Shown here in pieces: positions 24,931 to 36,898 of a stretch of DNA of 64,000 bases; the first letter of the stretch is position 1, and each line of letters opens with the position of its first letter. This DNA is from Balanoglossus misakiensis (lineage: Eukaryota > Animalia > Hemichordata), in NCBI GenBank assembly GCA_040954595.2, contig CM082593.2, positions 1,895,830 through 1,959,829 of the forward strand. Reading direction: 5' to 3'. Both the position numbers and the translations under genes were made by a program. A model generated the notes under the pieces. It did not search any database. It was not told the DNA's origin and was given only the letters and a program-made list of their open reading frames with translations.

Positions 24931-27900
24931 GCCATGTGTGTTTGGCTGTACTTGACACTTTCATGGCAAAGGAACCAAGTGATAATCATGTTCTCCACAG
25001 AGCATTATCACCAGGGCTCCTTTATTATGGCAAAACAATAGAACCTCATTAACACAATGTTTGCTTCTATTGTTATGCAAATTATACAAATCTACAACAA
25101 CCTTGCTGATATGATGAATGACAGGATATTCAATTATTCAAAAGTACATTGTCATAATAAAGAAAGATGTGTTCATAGCCAAAGGTTGAATGTACCTGTT
25201 ATATATTGATATTGGACCAGTCTTATGTACTCTAGTTTCATTAAATATTAAATCAAGAATCAATTAATGATGCAAATATGTAACAAACGGTTTGTCGGTG
25301 ACATTAAAAGAAAACCCAGCCTCTGCAGCGTAAATTGAAAGCTATCGATAGCTATCGAGCGAGTCATATATGCAAATTTGTCCATTCTTTGTTTTGTGAT
25401 GAACATAGACAAATATGCAGGGTTTCAAATTGATATGTTGAATCAATAAATGCATTGAGTTGTGTGTGTGGAAATGGAGGTAAATTAACACCTATATGTT
25501 ATTTTGTCCTCAGAATTAGATTGCAGATAATTTTTTGTGTATCCATATGATAGATGAATAAAATGCTTATTAGAAGACTATGTGGGTTTCATTTTGTGAT
25601 GCACACGGCAAAAATGAAATTCATTTTCAGTTATTTTGTGATGTTAATGATAGAAAGAATATTTGTAAATGACATTGTGAATAAATCCAATTCGATAGTT
25701 GGAGACGACACGAAAAACTCCACGAGAATTGAATTTGTGGAGTGAAGTCTGGAAGTCTTGATGTAATTATCAGCATCTCTGTGCTGTTCTTCCGTGGGCT
25801 TTTCCATTAACTGAGCTTTATCCTTGTTAGTTTGAAAAGAAACGAGTCAGAAGGTAATGGAATGAACAAACAAGACGTGTTTCTTATTCAGAACAGATAA
25901 CCGTAACCAAGCAAGTCATTTCATCAAACAGAATTAGTGACAACTCCTGAAAGGATGGCAATGATGACCAAGTGTATCCAGGAAGTATTAAGTGCCGAAT
26001 GTGGTGATTGGTACGGAGTATACGATATTTTGAAAAGCAGAGGATTCTGTTGGAACAATTTCGGGGGAGAATCAGCTACTGTCAAGCATTTCCTTCTTAA
26101 GTTCAGAGATTGTATAGAATTTACATATAAAAATTTAATGGGGAGGGAATATTCAATTGAGTCGAAGGTTAATGGTGGTCATGGCTTTCCAAAGTGCCCA
26201 GCCACTTAATGAGTTGAAAGTGGAAACGACATGTCATGGTGGTCCATTTAAAAACTGTTCTGATTGAAGCATAATGACCTTTAGTTCTCGCCCCTGGGTA
26301 ATTTCAGATTGATTTTGAGCCACTGCTGTCAGGCTCTGATATAAAAGCGCCTATGTGCTGGCAGAATATTTCTAATTTTCATCATTTCGTTTTTAATGCA
26401 AGGTTAATTCCCGGCGCGCATCTATATATTGACGGTAGTCCATCCAGGTTCAGCTGATTAATATTGGAATCACTTTAAAGGTTACGCTAAATAGATTTGG
26501 TTTTCAGATATTTGTGATGTCAAAAATAAAATGTAACATGAAAGTTCTACTATAAAAGAGTGAGTTAATGAAAAATTTTATTCTGTTTTGTTAAAAATAA
26601 ATTGAAATGTACCGAATCGCATAAAAATGAAATTGGCCCGGACAGCTGATCACTCAGAAATCCATGGTGGCTGGGGATTATAGTCATGTGACATACTCTG
26701 TTTAATTATTGACAGGTATTTCCACAATGCAATAAAATATTTGTGTTTAATATGTTTCATGTTAGGACTGGGGCGTATAAAATGAAAAATAGACCCCTTT
26801 GATAATGTTACCCAGGAAACCACAGGAATCACATTAATCATAAAAGGTAAACTATGAGAGAGGGATGAGTTGTCAACTATGTACCAACCAGGACATTGAT
26901 TGACTTGATAATATGGTCATAATATAATTACAACCAGCACCTTTCAAGTCAATCTTATGCACCTAATTACCTTTGATATCAGTATAATGAACTTGTCAAT
27001 ATTCTGTAATTGATCATAACCATCTATAATTTAACAAGGATGAAGAATGATTAATTCCATTACAGTGTTATCTGTATTGCGTGTTCTTCCCTATCTGGTA
27101 TACTTGTTCGATTGTGAAAGAAGGAATAATTATACAATACCGTTTCATACATGCAAGTGTGTAGAACATTACAGTTTTACTACTTATAGAGCCTAGCATT
27201 ATATTATCATTCACCTAATGCCATAACCTAATTGGCATCTGTGTGACAGTTGACGATAGGAGCTACCAGGTACTGTTACATGTAGGTGTATCTACATCAT
27301 ATTAGCCCCTCAGTCTCTGTCTAAGCGTTGATTCAAAATTAATCCGACTGTAATCCTTCCTGATTGCTCGCGGTGCGACAAGTCTGTAACTCAATCTGCC
27401 CACGCAGAAGACAAAGTCTACAAAACCAAAAGACTGCAGGAATATTGCACAAAACAAGGACTGCAGACGGCCGGTGCACGTAACTTGATTCTTGTGTGTT
27501 ACTAGCCTAGAATCCATAATTGTTAATACATTATTCTGTCCCAGAAACATTTAAATTCATCAAACGTTTGTATTGCAGCCAATGTTAATGGATGTGTTTC
27601 GCCTGAATGTGTGGATTTTCAATGATATAACAAGTCCTCCCTGCCTCGTTTTATGACCAACATGTAATTTGTCGTAAAAATTGCCTGAGAATCCTGGGGT
27701 AAATTGGGTAAAGCCATTATGTTATCTGGGCGTTGCACTTTAAGTCGGGGCCCTATTGAACTGTGTGGAAAAATAGCTTGTCATTTTAATGTTTGTGTTT
27801 GTAAGTAGTTGACTTCACTCAAAGATACACAGAGAATGAGACAGCAAAAATCACCAGGATGCCTGGCGATAGATCAACACACAGAAATAAAAAAAATGGA

Positions 27901-29458
27901 TATAACATAAAAGGAATATTAAAGAGCTTATTAAGCCTGTAATTCCTGCTACTGTTACATGCATTGAGTTTCAGAGCAACAGTATGATGCCTGATTACAT
28001 CTGAAATGCTTTTAGGCAGAACTTATTGCACAGTTGAAGACGCAGATAAAATCATCCCCCAGAAGATGACAAGATTATAGCTGCGCATACAGCTGTATAC
28101 ATAGTTCATAGTCTCTGGGGAATTGTGTGTATATGGTTTGAATGATGGATGTGCCACATAAGATGTGAATTCTGATTTCTAATGAGTCATCAAGCACAGT
28201 GTGGAAAATATCATCTTGATCATTTAATATTTCAGGTAAAACTTGATTAATATTCATGGGTATTTTTGAAAATTTAATCATTATAATTTAAGTTATTAAA
28301 AATTAGCACTCTTGTCTATTTTTATCCAAAAGTGGACACTTCGTTTGATTTGTTCTCCAGCGCGAGTTGACGCTGTCGCAGTGCATCGTGTATCACGAAT
28401 CTATAGCCTGCTAACTATAGCTGTGCCATGTTTCTGTCTGCTCTTCTGAGCTGTTGTTAAGTGTTCCCAAGAGTGTTTGCATCGATTTGCGGTGCTGGCC
28501 ATACTCCCCACTTGGATTGTGGTAAGAGTGAATCTGACAGGTGTGCTGGATTTTCTGTCAAAGTGTCAAGGAACGAAAATAAAGGAAGAGATGCACAGTA
28601 ATGTATGCATACTCTGGCTTCCTTCTTAATGAATACAAACGAGATCCCGACTTTAAAGATGATGTGAGCGCAAAAGACGATATCTCTGTCTGCCTTCGAA
28701 GTCATGTAGGAGATTTGAATTCAGGAATTCAGTATTCAAGCCACCAATCTTGCTCAGTGGCTCAGGGTATTATACTGATAGCTAAAAATATCACCCATAC
28801 ACTTGGAAAGTGAAAAACTTGCATAAAATCAGCTTGAACACTGAAGTGCTATGTACAATATGTTGATTTGTGATATCACCTTGACAGATTTGAGAAATGT
28901 TACATCACCAACGGCAACTGAGCAAATACAGAGCGACAGAGTAGAATTTAACATTCACTCGGTGCAGTCCGAGTCTGAAATATTCAGTGAATGTTTCAGA
29001 GAGTGCGATGTTACATGCATGCACAATTCTGATATGCGTTTAGTGATGACTACAAACTCGTTGTTTGTTACTATGTACGTGTAAGCCGTTTGATTTGCAA
29101 AGTACATGCAGGGGATGCTAGATTTGTTTTGATTTTCCCTTTTGCACCCCAGTAGAAGACACATTCCTGGTTATGTGCCTATACGTAGTTTTATTCACAC
29201 ACGTTATTTTGATTTTTGAAACTGTTTTCTATGATTACAGGGGAAATACTTTGATGGCTGGCCTTACGGCATGAAGTCTAGACTAATGCTAATTATTAAT
29301 TAATGTTATAGCCTTCCGATGACATCCTGAGTGGATTGCTTATTGCTGTGGTTTCATGCAAGTGCTAAGAATGAAGCCTTTAAATATTTTATTTTTCAGG
29401 GTCAAAGGAAGAAACAGGAAGACAAAGAGAAAAAGAGAAAAGACAGACCAGAATCACC

Positions 29459-32400
29459 ATGGGTGAGTTTCTGCTCTCACTGTTGCAACCACAACATTCA
29501 TTCCGTTCCTCAGGGGACATACTCTAAAATTGGCCTGTAAGGCTCTAATAATTGCAGATGTTGTGTTGGTTGTCAAAGAAGCTGTGGAAATCTCAAAACA
29601 GGGTGCTGCAAAGCATATGTTAATCAATCGTACCCGCAAGACATGCATCTGGAGGGACGTGCAAGTCAAACTCGAACATATTGTCAATGGCAACCAGAAT
29701 TTATCTGCTGAACACACAAATCTCCTGATTCTGCTTATTAGTCGAACACAGCAATGCGAATTATATCACACAGCGCTAATGAAATATTGATGATGGCTGC
29801 AGGGCGCCGTAAAAGTGATTGCCTTGGGGGACGAAAGAGACTTAAAATCCTGCCAAAGTTCAAGAAATTTCAGCTTTGAGTACCATTAATCCGAATTCAA
29901 TTATGGTTAATGTGCATAAATGTCAAGTCAGGTACTCGGGGAATGGTTAGTTAAATTTCTGTGATCAAAAGTACGGTGGCGGTCCAGCGATGGGATACAG
30001 ATATTTTCTCTGCAGCTAAAGAAACACAAATGCTTTATGCACAAAAGTATATTTTAGCCAAAGGCTTCAAAAAAATCACAAGAAAATTACCTTTTTTGCA
30101 ATTTATTTACATTTTACGTGACATGGATTCTGAAACGTCAAACAGCCATCTTTCAAGTAAATTGCGTGATGCTTTGCTCTTGCAACGATCACGGTTCACG
30201 GAGCAGGATCTATGAAGTTACTTCTTGGTGACTTGGTACAAGTGAATTCATTTATATTTGATCACCAGATGATGTCATTCGGTATTAGTTCTTTCAGTAG
30301 ACTGCTCCAGATTCATGAGGTGATTTCGCTGACAGTAAAAAATGTACAGGTCTTGAACAGTCTGCAGTGTGTCGCACCAACTATTCATTGAATAAATTTG
30401 TGTGTCCGACACACGGAAATCAAGTCTGTACAGTATATATGTACGGACTGATGTGTGTGATGATTGCATGACTGGTGTGTGTGTGTGGCTGATGCATTGA
30501 TGCTAAACTTTGAACTCACAACAGCGGGATTATTAAAGTTTCCTCGTTGCGTGTTCACTTTCAGACGACATATCCAAGGGAATAGAAAATCTGAAGCTCG
30601 GAGAAGGCAACATAGAGGGCAGTCTTGATGCCATGCTCCGAGGAATCGGTCAGAATGGTACGTACATCACTGATTCAACACAGTCCTGTCAATTATAGTT
30701 TCTTTGTGTGTTCAGTTTCGTTGACTCTTTTTATTCATTTCAGAATCGGTGAGTGAGTTGCTGTGTTCAAGGGGAGTTCTCGAAGTCATCGCCAAACAGT
30801 TAGAAGTCACAGAAGATCCAACATACCTGGCTAAAATGGCACAACTTGTTGCAGAAATGACCAAAACTGGTAAGATTTGGAATAATGATTTTTCTGGCCA
30901 TACAGACAGTTTCAATGAATATCAAAGACTCAGCTAAAATACCCGTAAAAATTGTCGTAGGATATTAATATTAATCAGCCAATCACAATGTATGATTTCT
31001 ATGTTCTTCTTTCAGAATCAGTGCGAATGCCGTGTGTGAACGCAGGGTTAATTCCACCATTGGTCAATATTATGAATCATCAGATTACAGAAGTTGTGTT
31101 ACAGACGTCCAGAGCTCTGGGAAACATCTGTTTTGATAATGGTGAATTTTGCTCTTGGTTATGATAAAACTTGACAGAAATCTGTTTTGATAAAATCAAC
31201 TGTTTGAACACATAGAATCTGTGGTTGTTGTTGTTGTTGATGATAATGATGATGATGATGATGATGGTGGTGGTCATGATGACGATATTGAACATTTTCA
31301 TCTCTATCTCATATATGCAGATGAGGCAAGAGCAATCATTGACCAATCAGGTGGCTTGGAGAAGCTCATGGACTTAATCAAGAACCGTTGTTTGTCGAAT
31401 GATGCAAACAGCGAAAGTGAGAAACTGAGAGTTGTGTGTTTTGGGCATTTACTAAATCTGACCAACTCAAATGGTAAGTTATGTCCATTGGACTGAAGTT
31501 CAGAACATTGCAAATGGATAGTCTACTTTCTGCTGGTCAAACATTTACATGGTACCTGAAATTTGTACCACTGTCTCCTTCTATTTTGAAGTATTTTGTA
31601 ATCTTTGATGTTCTGCATTTCAGAGGGGATACATAGTAAAGTATTTTCACTCGGTGCGGTGGCAGCCCTAGAAGATTTCCTCACAAAATATGCAGATGAT
31701 ACATCGCTGTGTGAAATGGTCTTGCTGTGTATTGACAGCCTGTTAGAGACAGGTAGATGAATTTCATCGACACTATACCTGAAATTGCTATCAATTTTAG
31801 CTCCACTGTAAGCTATACAGAACTTAGCAGGAATAGGCTGATTGTCCATCGTTTCCCCAAACATCATCTTTTAATGTCTTCACAAAAAGTAAAAAATATG
31901 AATATCCTTTTTACAGAAAGTGGAAGAATGAAGTTTGCCTGCAGCAGGATTGTTGAAATTTTAGTGAAATTACTAGAGCAACAGGACGATGGTGAAATTC
32001 ATGAAGCTATATTGGATATATTTTCTGTCCTTGCTGAGAACGGTAAGATTAGTGTTTCACCTGTACCTGTCAATAGTCACCTATTTTTGCAACAGCGTTG
32101 TATCTGACATGTTTAAAAAGTTAAATTTTATCACATTTATTGAAACTTTATTTATTTGTGTTCCCTTTCCCCAGATTTGATTAAAGTTAATTTAACTAAA
32201 TATCGCCTGGTTGAGATTCTGGCCAGACTGATGAACACACACCGTGGATATCAAGCAAATTTTACACATACCAGTAGACGAAGCAGTGAAGCCTTCAGTT
32301 TGGAGAAAGCTGCCACTGATATAATTGTCCTGATACTCACAGAAGATGAAAGTATGAAACTTGTGTTCAATCATGGGGAGGGAGACTTGCTGAGGGAAGT

Positions 32401-34452
32401 CATGTCGTCATGGTTACAGTCTCCAAGCATTCAGAGGAAGATATCAGGAGCCTTGGTCATCGGAAATTTTGCAAGAAGTGGTGAGTGCATGGTTTTTTAG
32501 TCCTGCAAGAGAATAGTTTGTGCCTTTACAGGCCAGCAACTTCATGAAAAGAAATTTCTGTCAGTAGTCTTCTGCAACTTCCCAATGTAAATCATGTTGA
32601 AGTGCAGGCCTGTCAATAGATGATGTCATCATCTTTTTGTGGTTTTGAACAGATGAGCATTGTATAAAGCTGGTGGAGTGTGGCGTGTTGAAGCCTCTGC
32701 AAGAATTACTACAGCAACACAAGAATCCTGGTGACATTGACATGAAATTACAACATGCTGTCCTCAGTGCATTTAGAAATCTAGCCATACCGGGTGAGTG
32801 GTTGGTCTGTTGTGCTGGTTATAAAACCATTATACTGGATTGATCATAGATTTTCCTTTTATTTGCCTGAAAATTTAATGTTTTGATCATTGACACTTTT
32901 TGCACTCAATCAGTACCATATTAGAATTCAGGAGCTGTGTACAAAATTTCTTCAATTGTCCTGTACCAAAATAATCAACCAATTACTGATTTTTTCAGCC
33001 GTCAACAAACCCATCATGTTGAAGTCAGGGGTGTTGGATACAGTATTGTTAATCATCAAAACAGAGATGGCTCCAGTGCAGTTCAAACTCCTGGCAACCA
33101 TCAGGATGTTGGTGGACGGACAAGGTAATTAAAGAGCAGACCTGTTAAAACCATGAGGCGTGCATGTGATCATTTTATTTTGCCTGTAGATTGTGAAAGT
33201 GCATTTCGAATGATAATCCTATTCACATTCCATTCCAAGCAGCCGCTGCAGCAGTTCAGATCGGGGAGAGTGAAGCCACAGTCAAGAGAATCACTGAGCT
33301 GTGTGAGGTGCCTGACCATGCTGGAGTGGCTGGAGAAGCCAACAGGTGAGGAGATTTATGGTGTCTGATTGGCTCACTGACATGCATGTGATGTGCATGT
33401 GACATGCATGTGACATTCAACTCTTGATGTCATTGGTGTCTTTTATAAGAGTTTGCAGCACTCGTGCTAATTACTGTGCCGTGCATCGCATATCTTCCGT
33501 TGCTCTCCAAATCGACATGATAGCAGAAATTTTGACACTTGTACTGAATGGCTCTTCACAAATAAAGAAACTCTGACTTTATTTTCGACCTGCTTCATTA
33601 GGCTCCTGGCTGCTCTTGTGAAGAACTCTGGCTCAAGCAATGTCATGGTAACGGTGGTTAAAGCGGGAGGACTACCCTACTTGGTTGCCATGGCAATGTC
33701 TGAGTACACACTCATGCAGATGGAAGCGCTGGTTGCCATAGCACTGATTGCATCTTGCACACTGGGTGAGACAAGTAGAAACTAGATTTTATGAATCACT
33801 TTTTCTTCAAAATCTCTCAACACAGTACTTATTTAGAACGTTTCAGATCTTTTAATATGTGCATATTATGATTATTTTTTGTTATAATGACTCAGTTTTT
33901 GTCATGATATTCTCATGACAAAACTATAAACTGTCCAGGAATACATCATCATGTGTCATCCCGACAATGTCTTTGTGCATCATGTCAATAAGATTCTTCT
34001 TTTTTTATCAGAAAAAACAGAATCCGATCTCCAAAAGAGTAATTTGATTAAAGTCCTACACCAGGTGTTAACCTCGACTGATTCACAACTAGAAGGCACT
34101 GTAAATGAAGTGATAGTGAATGCGCTGACAGTAACAGAACTACTCCTGACTTCTGGTAAGAAATACAACATCTCAGTGTTTCACTTTGGATATTGGCATT
34201 TCACTCTTTGGACAGGACTTAAGTTCATCTACATCTCACATTGACCACTACTGCCTATTCACATCACCTTGGGCCCCACTAACACTGCTTGCAGCTTGAA
34301 TTTCTAATTTTTTTACTCGTTTGACTACAGCAAGCCTGAAAAGGGAACTGAAAGAAGCTGACGTTGGCAGTGCAGTTAAAAAGCTGACATCACACAGTAA
34401 CCAGCTGATCAAAGACAAGGCAAAGACTGTGTATCCCAAAATCAAATCATGA
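29459..34452 (+). CDS. RAP1GDS1: Rap1 GTPase-GDP dissociation stimulator 1 (SmgGDS), ARM-repeat protein (14 coding exons, ~620 aa)
   Basis: Exons 29459-29462 (caccATGG|gtgagt), 30565-30657, 30744-30869, 31016-31141, 31321-31473, 31624-31752, 31917-32042, 32175-32480, 32653-32793, 32999-33124, 33243-33345, 33602-33765, 34012-34155, 34331-34452, in frame. Motifs RMPCVNAGLI, VLQTSRALGNICFD, GALVIGNFARSD, QHAVLSAFRNLAIP, EMAPVQFKLLATIRML, DHAGVAGEANRLL. Confidence 0.95.
31221..31272. repeat. Compound (GTT)n/(GAT)n/(GGT)n microsatellite in RAP1GDS1 intron
   Basis: Directly visible trinucleotide runs. Confidence 0.9.
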
Positions 34453-36898
34453 GACGGAGAGAGTGACACAAAGCACAGAAACATATCCAAGCCACTGTTG
34501 GTGCATGCCGGTCATGTGACAGTCACATGAAAAGGATCAAGTGTGATGATTGGCCGAACGGATTTCATGGACTGATTGGCACTTATGGTAGTTGACAATG
34601 TACAAGTCTTGGGACCAGAAGGTAGCTGCTCTTGTAGAAATGTGTGAAGTGCTAACTTGACAGAAAGCTGGGTTGCAATCAGCAAACAGGAAGAGTGTAG
34701 GTAGTACCAAGGAAGACTGCTTAAATGTATCGCAGTGTTTTCATCCAGATATGCAGTAACAAAGTTACTGTCATGAAAATGTGAAATTTACTGAACATGC
34801 AAGAAATTTACAAAACGTGGAAAATTTGAAACATGCAAGTGACTGTAAAGTAATTTGTAGATAATGGTCACAGGGTTACTGTAAAAAGCTAGGTTAGGAA
34901 TCATGCAATGCATATACACACAGCAACAAGAACGTCGAGTCGATCAAGTATGACAACGTATACAGTTAGGAGGTGGGAGAAGGGTTGTGATTATCAAAAC
35001 ACAACATTATTTTGCAAAAGTTTTGAATCTATCAAGATGTTTATGTCATTAATGATTAATGTGATATTTCTTAATTGGCCGAAGGTACGTTTTAACCTTC
35101 TGTTGGAGAAAAATGGATTTTACCTCATTTGCAAAATGAACTACATGTAAACTATTCAATATCTTCAAATTGACATATCGTCCTCTCTTCTCAAAAGTTG
35201 TAAAGGTGTTATTAATCTTATATGGACTTATTTCGATACTACAACAAGATACCCTATGAACATCCAGTCTAGTTTGTAATATTTCAAAAGTCCCCCTCTA
35301 TCCCCAATGGTAATTTTGTCTGGTATGTCACAATTCTATTATGCATTACTACTATTTATTGCAAGTGGGATCATACAGGACCTTCATGTGAATTTTTTTT
35401 ATATCTTGTAAATGTGGGTTTTCTATGCAATTATATATCTGACTGTTATTGACAAAAAAAATTTGGAAGTAAGACTGACAACTTATTTTATGCATGACTT
35501 TTTACTAAGAACAGAACTCGGAGATCAGGTTATTTCTCTGTTGTACATCACACAATGGTATCATTCCAACAACTGACTCTGACTGCAACTTATTTGACAG
35601 AAATTATAGTTTACTTCAGATTTTCAATTAAATCCGTGACTTCATATCTGGTACAGTCTATTTGGTGTATGAATATTTTTTTCTCAAAATAATTGTACAA
35701 ATTGAGAGATTTCAAGAAACAGTTGAAGCATCTCAGTGTGAGTGAAAAGATTAAATATTAAGGTGTGGAGTTTGGGAGATTTTACATTTTCAGCAAACAT
35801 CAATATTAAATATTATAACTAAGAATAAAGATTTTTTGCACATCATTACATTGTATTGTGGAGGAATTTTTGTGATTTTTCAATTATGGTTTTGATGAAT
35901 GGGTTCTTGAGAGTTTTGAAAAATGTAATAACAATCAGATCAGACATGTCTGGGTTACAATGACAATAAACAAGCTTACAGTTTGAACTGAAATCATCTA
36001 AGGTAAACCAACAGAAATTCAACTTCAGAGAATCAAACACTGTATATCTTTATTCAAAACAGCTGGTGACAAACTTGCACATATCTAGTGTTAATTTTGT
36101 AATTCAAAGAAATATTTAGGCAGATGAAAACCATTGTGTGAATCCATTTCAAGATACCTGAAATGTTTTATAAAAATGTTTGCAATTTGGTTGCGAGTGC
36201 ATATTTTAAAGCAGCAATCAAATATGACACAAAGGTCATTTCATATCAGTCTGTATGTATGGAAGAAATTATAAAAATGCTAAAAACTGCATAGACAAAC
36301 GAACCACGTGAATGTTTAATGATACCAAGGGACAAAACAGGGTGTGGCCTTGCATAAAAACAAATCAGAAGCTATTTGTTTGTTGGTGGCGCTGTTCACA
36401 TTTGAACTTGCTTATACTATTCCCGATCTTCGTTTTCCATCGAACAAATTACAAGCCTTTCCCGATTTTTATTCTCTAGTCTGAGCCAAACTGAAAGTGC
36501 GAAAACCTTTGGTTATTGATCGCCAATTCAAACAAAGTCATTAAAATCTATCACCGAACAGTCTCTCCGGACAAATTGCCCTCGCTATTGATCATCAGAT
36601 ATTACGTCACGGTTTAAGACTCATTTAAATCATGCCAATAAACCTCAGTAATCGATTTAGTAATCAGACTGCAGACATCGCTGGAAAACTCGCATGGCAT
36701 CACAAAGTTATGAAGACTTCCAAAAATCGGGAATATAGAGTAGACAAATCTTGCAAATGGTGAATAAAATCTTGTAATGACGAGTTTGCATGTGCGGAAT
36801 CCAGTACTGTTTTAAATGGTCTGTATAATCAACGTTTCATTAAAATTCTCAAATGCATATACAGGCTTTCCACCTTTCTAGCCTGTAAAAACTGTAGA

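Noticed and set aside
34539-34584. GTGATGA...CTGA with a short terminal stem in the RAP1GDS1 3' UTR (C/D snoRNA- or SECIS-like)
   Set aside because: Only ~46 nt and exonic, too short for a snoRNA; the helix is too short for a SECIS, and the TGA falls where SmgGDS normally ends.
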